A DNA stretch of 64,000 bases, from the NCBI GenBank assembly GCA_041603535.1, contig JBFIEE010000008.1, positions 3,169-67,168 of the forward strand, read 5' to 3'. Positions 10,005 to 19,201 of the stretch are shown one piece after another (position 1 is the stretch's first letter; the number at the start of each line of letters is the position of its first letter). The translations under genes and the position numbers were made by a program. The notes under the pieces are model-generated. The model had not been told where the DNA came from. It ran no database searches and saw only the letters and a list, made by a program, of their open reading frames with translations. This DNA comes from Porticoccaceae bacterium. Lineage in GTDB: Bacteria > Pseudomonadota > Gammaproteobacteria > Pseudomonadales > Porticoccaceae.

Positions 10005-10120
10005 TAAAGGTCTTCTCGGTATCGGGGACTGCGCAGTATTTGCCTCCTGGCCGGTGGAGTAAAGGAATTTGTCTGTATCGGGTCAAGGTGGAATTTAATG
10101 CTGGTTGTTCAATTAATGTC

Positions 10121-10149
10121 TTGCCATTTTTGTGGTTTGGTCTTATATA
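10121..10149 (+). promoter_or_regulatory. Sigma70-like promoter candidate upstream of ptsP
   Basis: TTGCCA (10121-10126), a 17-nt spacer and TATATA (10144-10149). Confidence 0.4.
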
Positions 10150-10295
10150 GCACCCGCAATGGGTGAGGCGTTCTGCCCGCTCAAAAAGATCGTGATTGCC
10201 GACTGCACTGGTGTCGGTGCTCTGGGTAGCATGACTGATATCAGATGGAAAAGCTCGGGGCGTAGACTCGGGACAAGGTGCCGGACAAGAACTGT

Positions 10296-12533
10296 ATGAG
10301 AAGTGTTATTCAAGAGCTGACCCATATTGTTCAGGCCGTTTCGCTTGCCGATTCGCCCGACCAGCAGGTGTCGTTGATTGTCGAGTCGATCAGCCGCTCG
10401 ATGGCTGTGGATGTCTGCAGCCTTTATCTGGTCAACGAGCAAGGCGATATGGTGCTGACGGCGACCCACGGCCTGGCTGGCGCGGCAGTGCGTAAGGTGA
10501 TTTTGCCTGCTGGTAAGGGTCTCGTTGGCCTGGCCGCCGCCAGCCGTCGCCCGGTTAATATCGCCGATGCGCCGCAGCATCCCGCCTATTTTTATGTACC
10601 TGAGGCTGCGGAAGACCGCTTTCACGGTTTTTGCGCAGTGCCGCTAGTTTCTTTGGGAAAAACCATCGGTGTCTTGGTGGTGCAAAGCAGCGAGATGCGG
10701 AAGTTTTCAAACGATGAAGAAGGCTTTTTCGTCACGCTGGCTGCCCAGTTAGCGTTGCTGCTGGTTAATTTTTCGCTGTCACCCTACGGTACCGAGAACA
10801 ATGTGCGCGTATTCGGTGTTAGCGGTGCCCCCGGTGTGGCAATCGGGCATAGCCAATTCTGTGATCACGGTGAACTCTATCAGGTGCCCAGCGGGGTTTG
10901 CGAAAATATCGAGACTGCGCTCGCTGACTGGCGCGCCTTGTTAAAGCAGGTGCGTTATCAACTGGAGGATGAAAGAAAAGCGCTTGGCAAGGTGCTGAGT
11001 GACGAGGCAGGCGGTATTTTTACGGCTTACAGCATGTTGCTTGAAGATCCCGCATTTAATCTCCGAGTAGAGACCCGTATTCGCGAGGGAAACTGGCTGC
11101 CGGGTGCTTTACGCTTGACCATACAACATTTTGCCGAGTGCTTCCTGGCGATGGAGGATCCTTATCTGCAAGCCCGGCATGAAGATATTCGTCATCTCGG
11201 TAACAAGTTGTATCAGGTGTGGCAGGGCGACAAGGGAGCAACGTGTCAAGCGGCAGTGGATGTGATACTGGTTGGGTCACAGGTTAGCGTGTCAGATATC
11301 GCCGCCGTTGCCGCGGGCCACCTACAGGGCATTGTCAGTTTTGGTGGATCGCGTTTATCTCATGCGGCGGTGTTGGCTAACGCACTTGGCATCCCGGCAG
11401 TGATGGGCACGGGGACAATTCCCGGATTGATGGATGGGCAGCCGCTGATTGTCGATGGACAACAGGGCCAGGTCTTTGTCAATCCGAGTGAAATCGTGTT
11501 GGGCGAGTATCGCAAGCTGATTCGTGAACACGATAAATTTATCCGTCAGCTAGATAATCTCCGTGAACAACCAGCGCTAACCATGGACGGCCAGTTCATT
11601 CATCTGTATACGAATACCGGGCTGTTGGCAGATATATCGCCTGGGCTGCGAGCCGGTGCACAGGGTATTGGCCTGTACCGCACGGAAATACCGTTTATGG
11701 TGCACGAGAGTTTTCCATCGGAAGACGAACAGGTGGCGGTGTATCGGCAGGTACTTGAAGCGTATCGAGGCAAGCCTGTTTATATGCGAACGCTTGATAT
11801 TGGCGGTGATAAACAGTTGCCGTATTTTGCCATACGGGGCGAAGACAATCCTGCGCTCGGCTGGCGGGGCATTCGTTTTTCCCTGGATAACAGTCAGTTG
11901 TTTATGACGCAGATCAGGGCTATGTTGCGAGCTGCGGAAGCTAGGAGCGATTTGCATATTCTGTTACCCATGGTGAGTTCGACCCAGGAGATCGACGACT
12001 TCCAGGTGTTGCTCATCGAAGCCATGCGCCAGCTCATTGAGGAGGGTGTAACGGTAGCGTTACCGCGGCTGGGGATCATGGTCGAAGTGCCTGCGGCTAT
12101 TTCACAGATTCCGATTTGGGCCAGAAAACTCGATTTTATTTCAATAGGTTCCAATGACCTCAGTCAGTATCTACTGGCCCTGGACAGAAACAACGCGCGG
12201 GTTGCATCGCGCTACGACCATGTGCATCCGGCTGTATTACACGAAATTCAACGTATCGTGATGCATGCCAGGGCCGGTCAAATCCCGGTCAGCTTGTGTG
12301 GTGAAATGGCCGCCGACCCCGTTGCTGTCGTGCTGCTGCTGGGCCTGGGACTGCGAACCCTGAGTCTGAGTGCCGCGAAGCTGCCCTATATAAAATGGTT
12401 AATAAGGACTATTTCCATACAGCAAGCTGAGGATGTCGTTAATCAGGCGCTGCTAATGGACAACGCCAAAACTATCAGGAGTCTGGTCGAAACAACGCTG
12501 AAAGAACTGGGGTTGACGGAAATTTTCCGTTGA
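10296..12533 (+). CDS. ptsP: Phosphoenolpyruvate-protein phosphotransferase PtsP (EI-Ntr) with N-terminal GAF domain
   Basis: N-terminal GAF domain, then PEP-utilising enzyme domains with the phospho-His context GGSRLSHAAVLANALGIPAV. The ORF opens at GTG 10278; ATG 10296 fits the family N-terminus. Confidence 0.92.
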   Translation: MRSVIQELTHIVQAVSLADSPDQQVSLIVESISRSMAVDVCSLYLVNEQGDMVLTATHGLAGAAVRKVILPAGKGLVGLAAASRRPVNIADAPQHPAYFYVPEAAEDRFHGFCAVPLVSLGKTIGVLVVQSSEMRKFSNDEEGFFVTLAAQLALLLVNFSLSPYGTENNVRVFGVSGAPGVAIGHSQFCDHGELYQVPSGVCENIETALADWRALLKQVRYQLEDERKALGKVLSDEAGGIFTAYSMLLEDPAFNLRVETRIREGNWLPGALRLTIQHFAECFLAMEDPYLQARHEDIRHLGNKLYQVWQGDKGATCQAAVDVILVGSQVSVSDIAAVAAGHLQGIVSFGGSRLSHAAVLANALGIPAVMGTGTIPGLMDGQPLIVDGQQGQVFVNPSEIVLGEYRKLIREHDKFIRQLDNLREQPALTMDGQFIHLYTNTGLLADISPGLRAGAQGIGLYRTEIPFMVHESFPSEDEQVAVYRQVLEAYRGKPVYMRTLDIGGDKQLPYFAIRGEDNPALGWRGIRFSLDNSQLFMTQIRAMLRAAEARSDLHILLPMVSSTQEIDDFQVLLIEAMRQLIEEGVTVALPRLGIMVEVPAAISQIPIWARKLDFISIGSNDLSQYLLALDRNNARVASRYDHVHPAVLHEIQRIVMHARAGQIPVSLCGEMAADPVAVVLLLGLGLRTLSLSAAKLPYIKWLIRTISIQQAEDVVNQALLMDNAKTIRSLVETTLKELGLTEIFR

Positions 12534-12572
12534 TGATTTTGGGAAAGGCTCATTTATCTGAGGGAATGCAGA

Positions 12573-13073
12573 TTGAAGGGTGATAACTTACTGTCCATCG
12601 CGCCATATGACTGGCCATCCATTGCCACGGCAATTTTTTGTGGCGCCATCATCGGTCTGGAGCGTCAACTTAGAGGCAAGCCGGTGGGAATTCGGACCTC
12701 ATCAATAATCACCATGGGGACGTACATATTTCTACATTCGGCTATGTTGCTCAATAACGATGTTAGCGACCCTTCCCGCGTGATTGGTCAGGTGGTTACT
12801 GGTATTGGGTTTTTGGGCGCGGGGGTAATGCTGGCGCGCGATGGCACGGTAGTGGGGGTTACTTCCGCCGCGTCAATTTGGGTGCTGGCTGCGATAGGCG
12901 TTACGATTTCTCTTGGTCATCTGATGGCCGCGATAAAATTGTCACTGGTCACGGTGGCGATTCTTTATGGCGTTGAGTTTCTGGAACAACACACCAAGAC
13001 ATTTAGTCGTGGCGTGCATTCGCGATACAGCAATCGCCGAAAAACGGACAAGTCTGGAGGGAGTAAGTTGTGA
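12573..13073 (+). CDS. MgtC/SapB family membrane protein
   Basis: 166 aa from a TTG start. It has an MgtC-type hydrophobic core (GLERQLRGKPVGIRT, GIGFLGAGVM) and lies 39 bp after the ptsP stop. Confidence 0.8.
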   Translation: MKGDNLLSIAPYDWPSIATAIFCGAIIGLERQLRGKPVGIRTSSIITMGTYIFLHSAMLLNNDVSDPSRVIGQVVTGIGFLGAGVMLARDGTVVGVTSAASIWVLAAIGVTISLGHLMAAIKLSLVTVAILYGVEFLEQHTKTFSRGVHSRYSNRRKTDKSGGSKL

Positions 13074-14536
13074 CCAATGTGCTGGTAATCGTCGACAATG
13101 TAGAAGATATTGAGGCATATGATGCCAACGGTGTTGTGATTACCTTTGCTGAGTATCTGCAGGAACATCCCAAGAAAGGCGAAAAGAAAATCCGTCTTAT
13201 TAATCTGTGTGATACCACGCATTACCTGAGCCGTGGTTATTATTGCTCTCTGCTGGCGGAGGCCCGTGGTCATCGGGTATTGCCGTCAGTTAACACTATC
13301 AACGACCTCCGCAACGAACAGCTTTACATGGCGCAGATTTCGGAAGGGTTGTTCCCTGATAAAGGGAAAGAGCAGGACCCTGAGCCGGGTACCAAAGAAA
13401 CGATTTATGTATATTTTGGACACGCGTCCGATCAGCGTTATGAAAAACTTGCACAGCGTTTATTTACGCTATTTCCCGCGCCCAGCCTGAAAGTGGTGAT
13501 GACCTGGAAATCCCGATGGAAAATCAATAGCATCCAACGCGTTGCTTTTGCCGGGTTGCCCCACAAGCAAAGACCGGCTTTCATGGAGGCATTGAATCGC
13601 TTTACTGAGCAGCACTGGAAAAGGAGCACCAGCAGGAAACGCTATCGTTGGGATATGGCTATTCTGGTTGAACCTGATGAAGCGATGCCGCCGAGCAACA
13701 AACTTGCATTGAGTAAGCTGATCAAAGCCGCAGAAAAAATTAATATCAATGCTGACCTGATCACCTCCGCCGATTACGCCAGGCTTAACGAATACGATGC
13801 CCTGTTTATCCGCACGACAACCGCCATTGATCACTACACCTACCGGTTCTCTCGCAAAGCGGATATTGAGGGTATGGTCGTCGTCGACGATCCCACATCT
13901 ATTTTGCGCTGTTGCAATAAAGTATTTTTACAGGATGCGTTTACCTACAACAAGGTGCCATCTTTAGCGACGCAGGCGGTATTTGGTTTTGATGGCAAAA
14001 CTGTCAGGGATATAGAACAACAATTTGACTACCCCATGGTATTGAAGGTGCCTGAGAGCTCCTTCTCGCGCGGTGTTTTCAAGGTCGCTGGACGAGAGGA
14101 GCTGGTCAATCGGCTGGAGCAGTTGCTGGCTGAAACGGCCATCGTACTCGTGCAGGAATACCTTTATACAGATTATGACTGGCGTATTGGTGTGTTCAAC
14201 AATAGGCCGCTGTTTGCCTGCCGGTATTTTATGGCGAGAAACCATTGGCAAATTTATAATCACAGCAGTGAACGCCATAGCAGTGGTGACTTCGAAACAA
14301 TGCCCACATTTGAAGTGCCCAAACCAGTGCTCGATGCTGCGCTTAAAGCGTCGAAAGTGATTGGTGATGGCTTATATGGTGTTGACATCAAGCAGCTGGG
14401 AAAGCAGGCCTATGTGGTGGAGGTCAACGACAACCCGAGTCTTGATCACAAAGTTGAAGACGTCTATTTGGGTGATGAATTATATATGCTGGTGATGAAC
14501 GAAATGGTCAGGCGCCTGGAGCTGCGAGGGCGATAA
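13070..14536 (+). CDS. RimK-type ATP-grasp ligase with an N-terminal RLAN-like domain
   Basis: The N-terminal ~200 aa contain INLCDTTHYLSRGYYCSLLAEARGHRVLPS. The C-terminal ATP-grasp core includes MVLKVPESSFSRGVFKV, VLVQEYL and GVDIKQ...YVVEVNDNP. The GTG start overlaps the mgtC-like stop (GTGA), and GGAGGG SD lies upstream. Confidence 0.8.
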   Translation: MTNVLVIVDNVEDIEAYDANGVVITFAEYLQEHPKKGEKKIRLINLCDTTHYLSRGYYCSLLAEARGHRVLPSVNTINDLRNEQLYMAQISEGLFPDKGKEQDPEPGTKETIYVYFGHASDQRYEKLAQRLFTLFPAPSLKVVMTWKSRWKINSIQRVAFAGLPHKQRPAFMEALNRFTEQHWKRSTSRKRYRWDMAILVEPDEAMPPSNKLALSKLIKAAEKININADLITSADYARLNEYDALFIRTTTAIDHYTYRFSRKADIEGMVVVDDPTSILRCCNKVFLQDAFTYNKVPSLATQAVFGFDGKTVRDIEQQFDYPMVLKVPESSFSRGVFKVAGREELVNRLEQLLAETAIVLVQEYLYTDYDWRIGVFNNRPLFACRYFMARNHWQIYNHSSERHSSGDFETMPTFEVPKPVLDAALKASKVIGDGLYGVDIKQLGKQAYVVEVNDNPSLDHKVEDVYLGDELYMLVMNEMVRRLELRGR

Positions 14537-15013
14537 GTGGCGGCTTCACTGGTTATTCGAAATGCCACTGCCGCCGACATCCCGATGCTGCTGGATATTG
14601 AAGGGAGCAGTTTTCCCAGCGACCATATTTCAAAACGGCAATTCAGTTATTTCCTGAAAAAAGCTAAAGCCAGGACATTCGTTGCCCTTGTTGACGGTGT
14701 AGTTAGTGGCTATGGCATTGTGTTATTGCCTGCACGGAGGAACTACGCGCGACTGTATTCGTTGGCGGTGGCCAAAAATATGAGGGGGGTTGGTATAGGC
14801 GATCGCTTATTGACGGCTGTCGATCAAGCGGTGGAAAATATGGGCTATTCTGCGCTGGGGCTGGAGGTTCGAGTTTCCAGTGTGGGCGTAAGAAGGCTCT
14901 ATGAAAAACACGGGTTTGTAGTTTGCTGCGTTCTGAGTGGATACTACGGCGATGGCGAAGACGGGCTCAAAATGAAAAAGCAGATGGGGAGTAGCGATAC
15001 TAAAAAATCGTGA
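14537..15013 (+). CDS. GNAT family N-acetyltransferase (RimI-like)
   Basis: Acetyl-CoA loop RGVGIGDRLL, and the RimI-like C-terminus YYGDGEDGLKM. The GTG start immediately follows the ligase TAA. Confidence 0.8.
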   Translation: MAASLVIRNATAADIPMLLDIEGSSFPSDHISKRQFSYFLKKAKARTFVALVDGVVSGYGIVLLPARRNYARLYSLAVAKNMRGVGIGDRLLTAVDQAVENMGYSALGLEVRVSSVGVRRLYEKHGFVVCCVLSGYYGDGEDGLKMKKQMGSSDTKKS

Positions 15014-15034
15014 ATATTGAGGGAATTATTTTTT

Positions 15035-15484
15035 ATGCTGAATAAAAACAGAAAAACTACTTGGTATGGAAAATTGGAAACCGCTACGTCGAGTACGGAG
15101 GTTATTTACGATCCGACACTACCGGAAGCACCAAAAAACCGAATCTATCTTTACAATGTCGAGCGTGGGCAAGTTATCCCGTACGTCTGGGAGATTGTCA
15201 AGGACTTGCTGAGTGAGGCTGAAGGTGAAGAGCGGACCGGGATTAAAAGCCGGGCAGGCAAACGCTGGAAGACCGCCCGCAAGACCTTTATGCAGGGCCG
15301 TATTATGTTGCCAAGGCAACCGATGTCCCCGGTGGAAACTAAAGTGGCCAGGCAGTCAGATGATGAAGAAATTATCGATCTGGGTATTCGCTTTGCAGAC
15401 GATGTGGACGATGTGGATGATGTGGATGATGTGGGTGATGTGGACGAAGTTGATGAGGAGGAAAGCTGCGAGGAAGATAGCTGA
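15035..15484 (+). CDS. Hypothetical 149-aa protein with a poly-acidic C-terminal tail
   Basis: ATG with GAGGGA SD 10 nt upstream, 21 nt after the GNAT stop. It ends ADDVDDVDDVDDVGDVDEVDEEESCEEDS. I recognise no domain. Confidence 0.6.
   Translation: MLNKNRKTTWYGKLETATSSTEVIYDPTLPEAPKNRIYLYNVERGQVIPYVWEIVKDLLSEAEGEERTGIKSRAGKRWKTARKTFMQGRIMLPRQPMSPVETKVARQSDDEEIIDLGIRFADDVDDVDDVDDVGDVDEVDEEESCEEDS
15398..15460 (+). repeat. In-frame 9-bp tandem repeat (GAYGATGTG, encoding DDV) in about 7 units, within the acidic-tail gene
   Basis: gacgatgtg gacgatgtg gatgatgtg gatgatgtg ggtgatgtg gacgaagtt gatgaggag, read directly from the sequence. Confidence 0.9.
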
Positions 15485-15597
15485 GCGTGGCGAGGGTCAG
15501 CATCGACGGCCACGCAGCTGTGCTGTTACGCTGGACCTTGGTTAGCTGGACAATCACTGTACCCGTCCTGGACATGATTGCTCAGGGCCTGATTGGT

Positions 15598-15661
15598 TCA
15601 GTACGCGGTTAGTGTAGTACCAGGTTAATGTAGTACGCAGTTAGTTCCGTGCCAGGTTGGA
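15598..15661. repeat. 16-bp degenerate tandem repeat x4 (consensus GTAGTACSMGGTTAGT)
   Basis: tcagtacgcggttagt / gtagtaccaggttaat / gtagtacgcagttagt / tccgtgccaggttgga. It lies in the convergent intergenic region and abuts the speB stop codon. Confidence 0.85.
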
Positions 15662-15662
15662 G

Positions 15663-16559
15663 TTATTCTGCGGATGTCGAACGTTGAATAATCCCCATCA
15701 TTTTGTAAACCAGTAAAGCGGCGGAAAACTCGTAGGTGTGAAAGCCCTGGATAGGAGAAAATTCCATTAAGTCAAAACCGATGATATTACGCTGCTTTGC
15801 TACAGACTCGAATAACGACAGCGTTTGATACCAGCCTAGACCACCCGGCACCGGGGTGCCGGTCGAAGGGAATATTGAAGGGTCCATGCCATCAATATCC
15901 AATGTGAAAAATACTTTGTCAGGAAAATCATCAGGTAAGTTTATCTGCATATGATTTTTCGGAACTAATACGTCAGCGTCGAGATGATGTATTGCGTATA
16001 GCTTTCGTGTGGCGATTTCTTCTTTACAGATGGCCCGAATGCCCAGCTGAAATAGCGGTATGTCTTCGTCGACGATGCGTTTCATTACCGACGCATGACT
16101 GTAAGGGTTGCCCTCATATGCATCGCGTAGATCTGCGTGGGCGTCGATTTGGACAACACCGAAATCACTAATCCCGGCGGCCAGCAAGCCTTTAATTACG
16201 CCGAAGGTCACGGTATGTTCCCCGCCCAGTGCAACAGGTATGCCGCCATGTTTAGCGATAGCTTGAGTCGCCAGGGTGATATTGGCTATGGTCTGATCGG
16301 CATCGCCACTGACGTCAACCGGAGGATGCGTGAAAATACCTTTTTCACAGGGTGAACTGGTGCCGTCCCAGGTTTCAAGTTGCCAGGAAGCGCCCAGAAT
16401 GGCGGCCGGCCCACGCGCTGTTCCACTGCCGTAGGAAACGGATTTTTCGTAGGGTACCGGCAGAACATGAAAGAAGGCTTCGTCCGGCTCCGGTTGCTTG
16501 AGCTCCGAGCCAAGGAAGATGGGGTAACCAGGTGCGGCGAGCTGATCAAATTCACTCAT
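15663..16559 (-). CDS. speB: Agmatinase (arginase/ureohydrolase family)
   Basis: Mn-site motifs GGEHTVT, QIDAHADLRD and TLDIDGMDPS. The ORF opens at 16574; the second ATG at 16559 is also possible. Confidence 0.9.
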   Translation of the reverse strand: MSEFDQLAAPGYPIFLGSELKQPEPDEAFFHVLPVPYEKSVSYGSGTARGPAAILGASWQLETWDGTSSPCEKGIFTHPPVDVSGDADQTIANITLATQAIAKHGGIPVALGGEHTVTFGVIKGLLAAGISDFGVVQIDAHADLRDAYEGNPYSHASVMKRIVDEDIPLFQLGIRAICKEEIATRKLYAIHHLDADVLVPKNHMQINLPDDFPDKVFFTLDIDGMDPSIFPSTGTPVPGGLGWYQTLSLFESVAKQRNIIGFDLMEFSPIQGFHTYEFSAALLVYKMMGIIQRSTSAE

Positions 16560-16649
16560 AACCTCTGCTTCCATATGCCGTTAGGTCTAACGTTCATTAA
16601 GGTTGTCTGCATTTGAATTAATTTGGTCATTGCACAGTCTATGCGACTA

Positions 16650-17849
16650 TCAGGAAAGTCGGCTTTTGAAATCATGGTATGAAAATGTGCGGACAATTCT
16701 AAGTTCGTCGGTGGTTGAATTCCAGATGGCAATTGAGGGTAAGCCAATCCCGTTAAACGTACTCGTTTTAACCATGGTGTAGTGGGCCATGTCGTCGAAA
16801 ATCAGGCGTTGCCCAACCTGCAACGGATTATCAAAACTGTAATCACCCATCACGTCCCCTGCAAGGCAGGTCTGGCCACCAAGACGATAGGTGTGGGCTT
16901 TGGTGTCGGCTTCTCCGGCACCAAAAATGTTGGCGCGATAGGGCATTTCCAGTGTGTCGGGCATGTGGCATGTGGCGGATGTGTCGAGAATTGCCAGATC
17001 CATGCTGTTGCGGGTGATGTCGAGGACCTCGCTCACCAGTACGCCGGTATTAATGGCCGTTGCTTCGCCGGGCTCCAGGTAGACCTGGACGTCGTATTTC
17101 GTCTGGAAGCATTTTATGCATTCGATGAGGGCATCAACTTCATAGTCCTCGCCGGTAATATGGTGGCCACCGCCAAAATTAACCCATTGCAATTGTGGTA
17201 AGAGTTTGTGGAAATGCCGCTCAATGACGGCGAGAGTCCTTTGCAGCGGCGCGAAATTCTGTTCGCAAAGGGTATGAAAATGCAAGCCGCTAATGCCGTT
17301 TAGTTGCGAGTTTTCAAGCGGCTGGTTTTTTGAAAGCAGGGCATTAAATTCGGTCAGTGGGATGCCCAGTCTGGAACCGGGTGCACAGGGATCGTAAATC
17401 GCTGCGGCGCCTTCGGAATGGAGCGGGTTGATTCGCAGGCCAAACTGAAGTTCTGGACGCGTTTGCCTGGCCATTTTTAGAAGTGGTTGGTAACGCTCCC
17501 ATTGGCTGAAGGAGTTAAATACCACATGATGGGAAATCTTGAGGATTTCCCTGAGATCTGCTTCGGTGTATGCCGCTGAGTAAGTGTGAACCTCGCCGCC
17601 GAATTCTTCGTGGCCTAGTCGGGCTTCAAACAGGCCGCTGGCGCAGGTACCGGTGAGGTATTGACTGATCAGCGGTGCGAGGCTAAACATCGAAAACGCT
17701 TTTAGCGCGAGTAGAACCTTTCCACCGGATTCGGTTTGTACGCGACTGAGGATTCTGAGATTCCGTTCAACCGCCACTTCATCCACCACGAAACAGGGCG
17801 AGGGTACGCGCGCTGCGTTGAAGTTGAGGAAGGTTTGACTTTTAATCAT
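16650..17849 (-). CDS. nspC: Carboxynorspermidine/carboxyspermidine decarboxylase
   Basis: Its N-terminal sequence (VPSPCFVVDEVAVERNLRIL) and GGGHHITGEDY motif resemble PLP-dependent NspC-type decarboxylases. ATG 17849 fits the family N-terminus. Confidence 0.88.
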   Translation of the reverse strand: MIKSQTFLNFNAARVPSPCFVVDEVAVERNLRILSRVQTESGGKVLLALKAFSMFSLAPLISQYLTGTCASGLFEARLGHEEFGGEVHTYSAAYTEADLREILKISHHVVFNSFSQWERYQPLLKMARQTRPELQFGLRINPLHSEGAAAIYDPCAPGSRLGIPLTEFNALLSKNQPLENSQLNGISGLHFHTLCEQNFAPLQRTLAVIERHFHKLLPQLQWVNFGGGHHITGEDYEVDALIECIKCFQTKYDVQVYLEPGEATAINTGVLVSEVLDITRNSMDLAILDTSATCHMPDTLEMPYRANIFGAGEADTKAHTYRLGGQTCLAGDVMGDYSFDNPLQVGQRLIFDDMAHYTMVKTSTFNGIGLPSIAIWNSTTDELRIVRTFSYHDFKSRLS

Positions 17850-17893
17850 GCAGTTATGCCAATCTGGTATTCTACCTAATAAACTCATGGCAC

Positions 17894-19090
17894 CTAAACA
17901 AGCGAGTAACCTGGCTCTTCTATGACCGTCCACGGTAAGCCGTATTTATTCATATCGGCCATAAATGGGTCAGGGTCAAGCTGTTCCATATTCCAGACGC
18001 CTGGCTTCATCCAGGTTTTCTCCAGCATCATTTTAGCCCCGATCATGGCGGGTACGCCGGTGGTATAGGAAATTGCCTGCGATTGTACTTCTCTGTAGCA
18101 AGCCTGATGGTCGCAGATATTATAAAGAAAAACGGTTTTTTCCCGCCCATCCTTAACGCCGCGAACCACGCAACCGATACAGGTTCTTCCCTGGGTGCGT
18201 GGTCCAAGTGTTGATGGATCCGGCAGCAGTGCTTTTAGAAACTGGATAGGAACAATTTGTTGGCCCTGATAATCTATGGGATGGATGCCGGTCATGCCCA
18301 CGTTACCCAATACTTCCAGATGCTTGAGATAATTGTCGGAAAAACTCATCCAGAACTGCGCCTTTTTTAAGCCTGGAAAATTTTTGCTTAGAGATTCCAG
18401 TTCTTCATGATACAGCCTGTATATATCGAAAGAACCCACGTCTTCAGGGCAGGTAAAGCGCTGTTTGAGCGACATGGCTGGGGTGGTCACGAATTCACCA
18501 TTTTCCCAGTGTCGGCATTCTGCCGTCACTTCGCGGATATTAATTTCCGGATTAAAATTAGTGGCAAAGGCGTAGCCATGGTTACCGCCGTTGACATCGA
18601 TAATATCGAGGTAGTGGATCTCGTCAAAATAATGTTTGGCGATATACGCGGTGAACACATTTGTGGCACCAGGATCAAAGCCGGAGCCCAGTAGGGCCAT
18701 TAGACCAGCCTTCTTAAACTTTTCCTGGTAGGCCCATTGCCATTTGTATTCAAATTTCGCGGTGTCCTGCGGCTCGTAATTAGCAGTATCCAGATAATGC
18801 ACCCCCGCTTCCAGACAGGCATCCATGATAGTCAAATCCTGGTAGGGCAACGCAACGTTGATCACTAAATCAGGCTTTTCTTTATTAAAGAGGGATACCA
18901 GTTCCGGAACATTATCGGCATCAACTTGTGCCGTGCGTATTGGACGCTTCAGCTGGCTGGCGATAGCCTTGCATTTGCTTTCAGTGCGGCTGGCCAGAAC
19001 AATTTCATTGAAGATCTGGGGTAGTTGCGCACATTTGTGGGCGACGACACCACCAACGCCACCAGCACCGATGATTATTACTTTTGACAT
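17894..19090 (-). CDS. Carboxynorspermidine/carboxyspermidine synthase (dehydrogenase; saccharopine dehydrogenase family)
   Basis: Rossmann N-terminus MSKVIIIGAGGVGGVVAHK. Length and sequence are typical of CANSDH, and it sits next to nspC. Confidence 0.88.
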   Translation of the reverse strand: MSKVIIIGAGGVGGVVAHKCAQLPQIFNEIVLASRTESKCKAIASQLKRPIRTAQVDADNVPELVSLFNKEKPDLVINVALPYQDLTIMDACLEAGVHYLDTANYEPQDTAKFEYKWQWAYQEKFKKAGLMALLGSGFDPGATNVFTAYIAKHYFDEIHYLDIIDVNGGNHGYAFATNFNPEINIREVTAECRHWENGEFVTTPAMSLKQRFTCPEDVGSFDIYRLYHEELESLSKNFPGLKKAQFWMSFSDNYLKHLEVLGNVGMTGIHPIDYQGQQIVPIQFLKALLPDPSTLGPRTQGRTCIGCVVRGVKDGREKTVFLYNICDHQACYREVQSQAISYTTGVPAMIGAKMMLEKTWMKPGVWNMEQLDPDPFMADMNKYGLPWTVIEEPGYSLV

Positions 19091-19201
19091 AATATACTCC
19101 CGGGTATTGGTTATCAGGGATAAAGGTAACAGCCAGTTGCCAGCTGGTTTCTGGAAGCGGAAATATTGTTCCAAAAGGCTATGGTCAATAGATCCGAGCG
19201 C

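Noticed and set aside
15598-15661. I considered the tandem arrays here and at 49837-49929 and 52538-52582 as possible CRISPR arrays.
   Set aside because: The units are 14-16 bp and directly adjacent with no spacers. There is no leader, and no cas genes are in the window.
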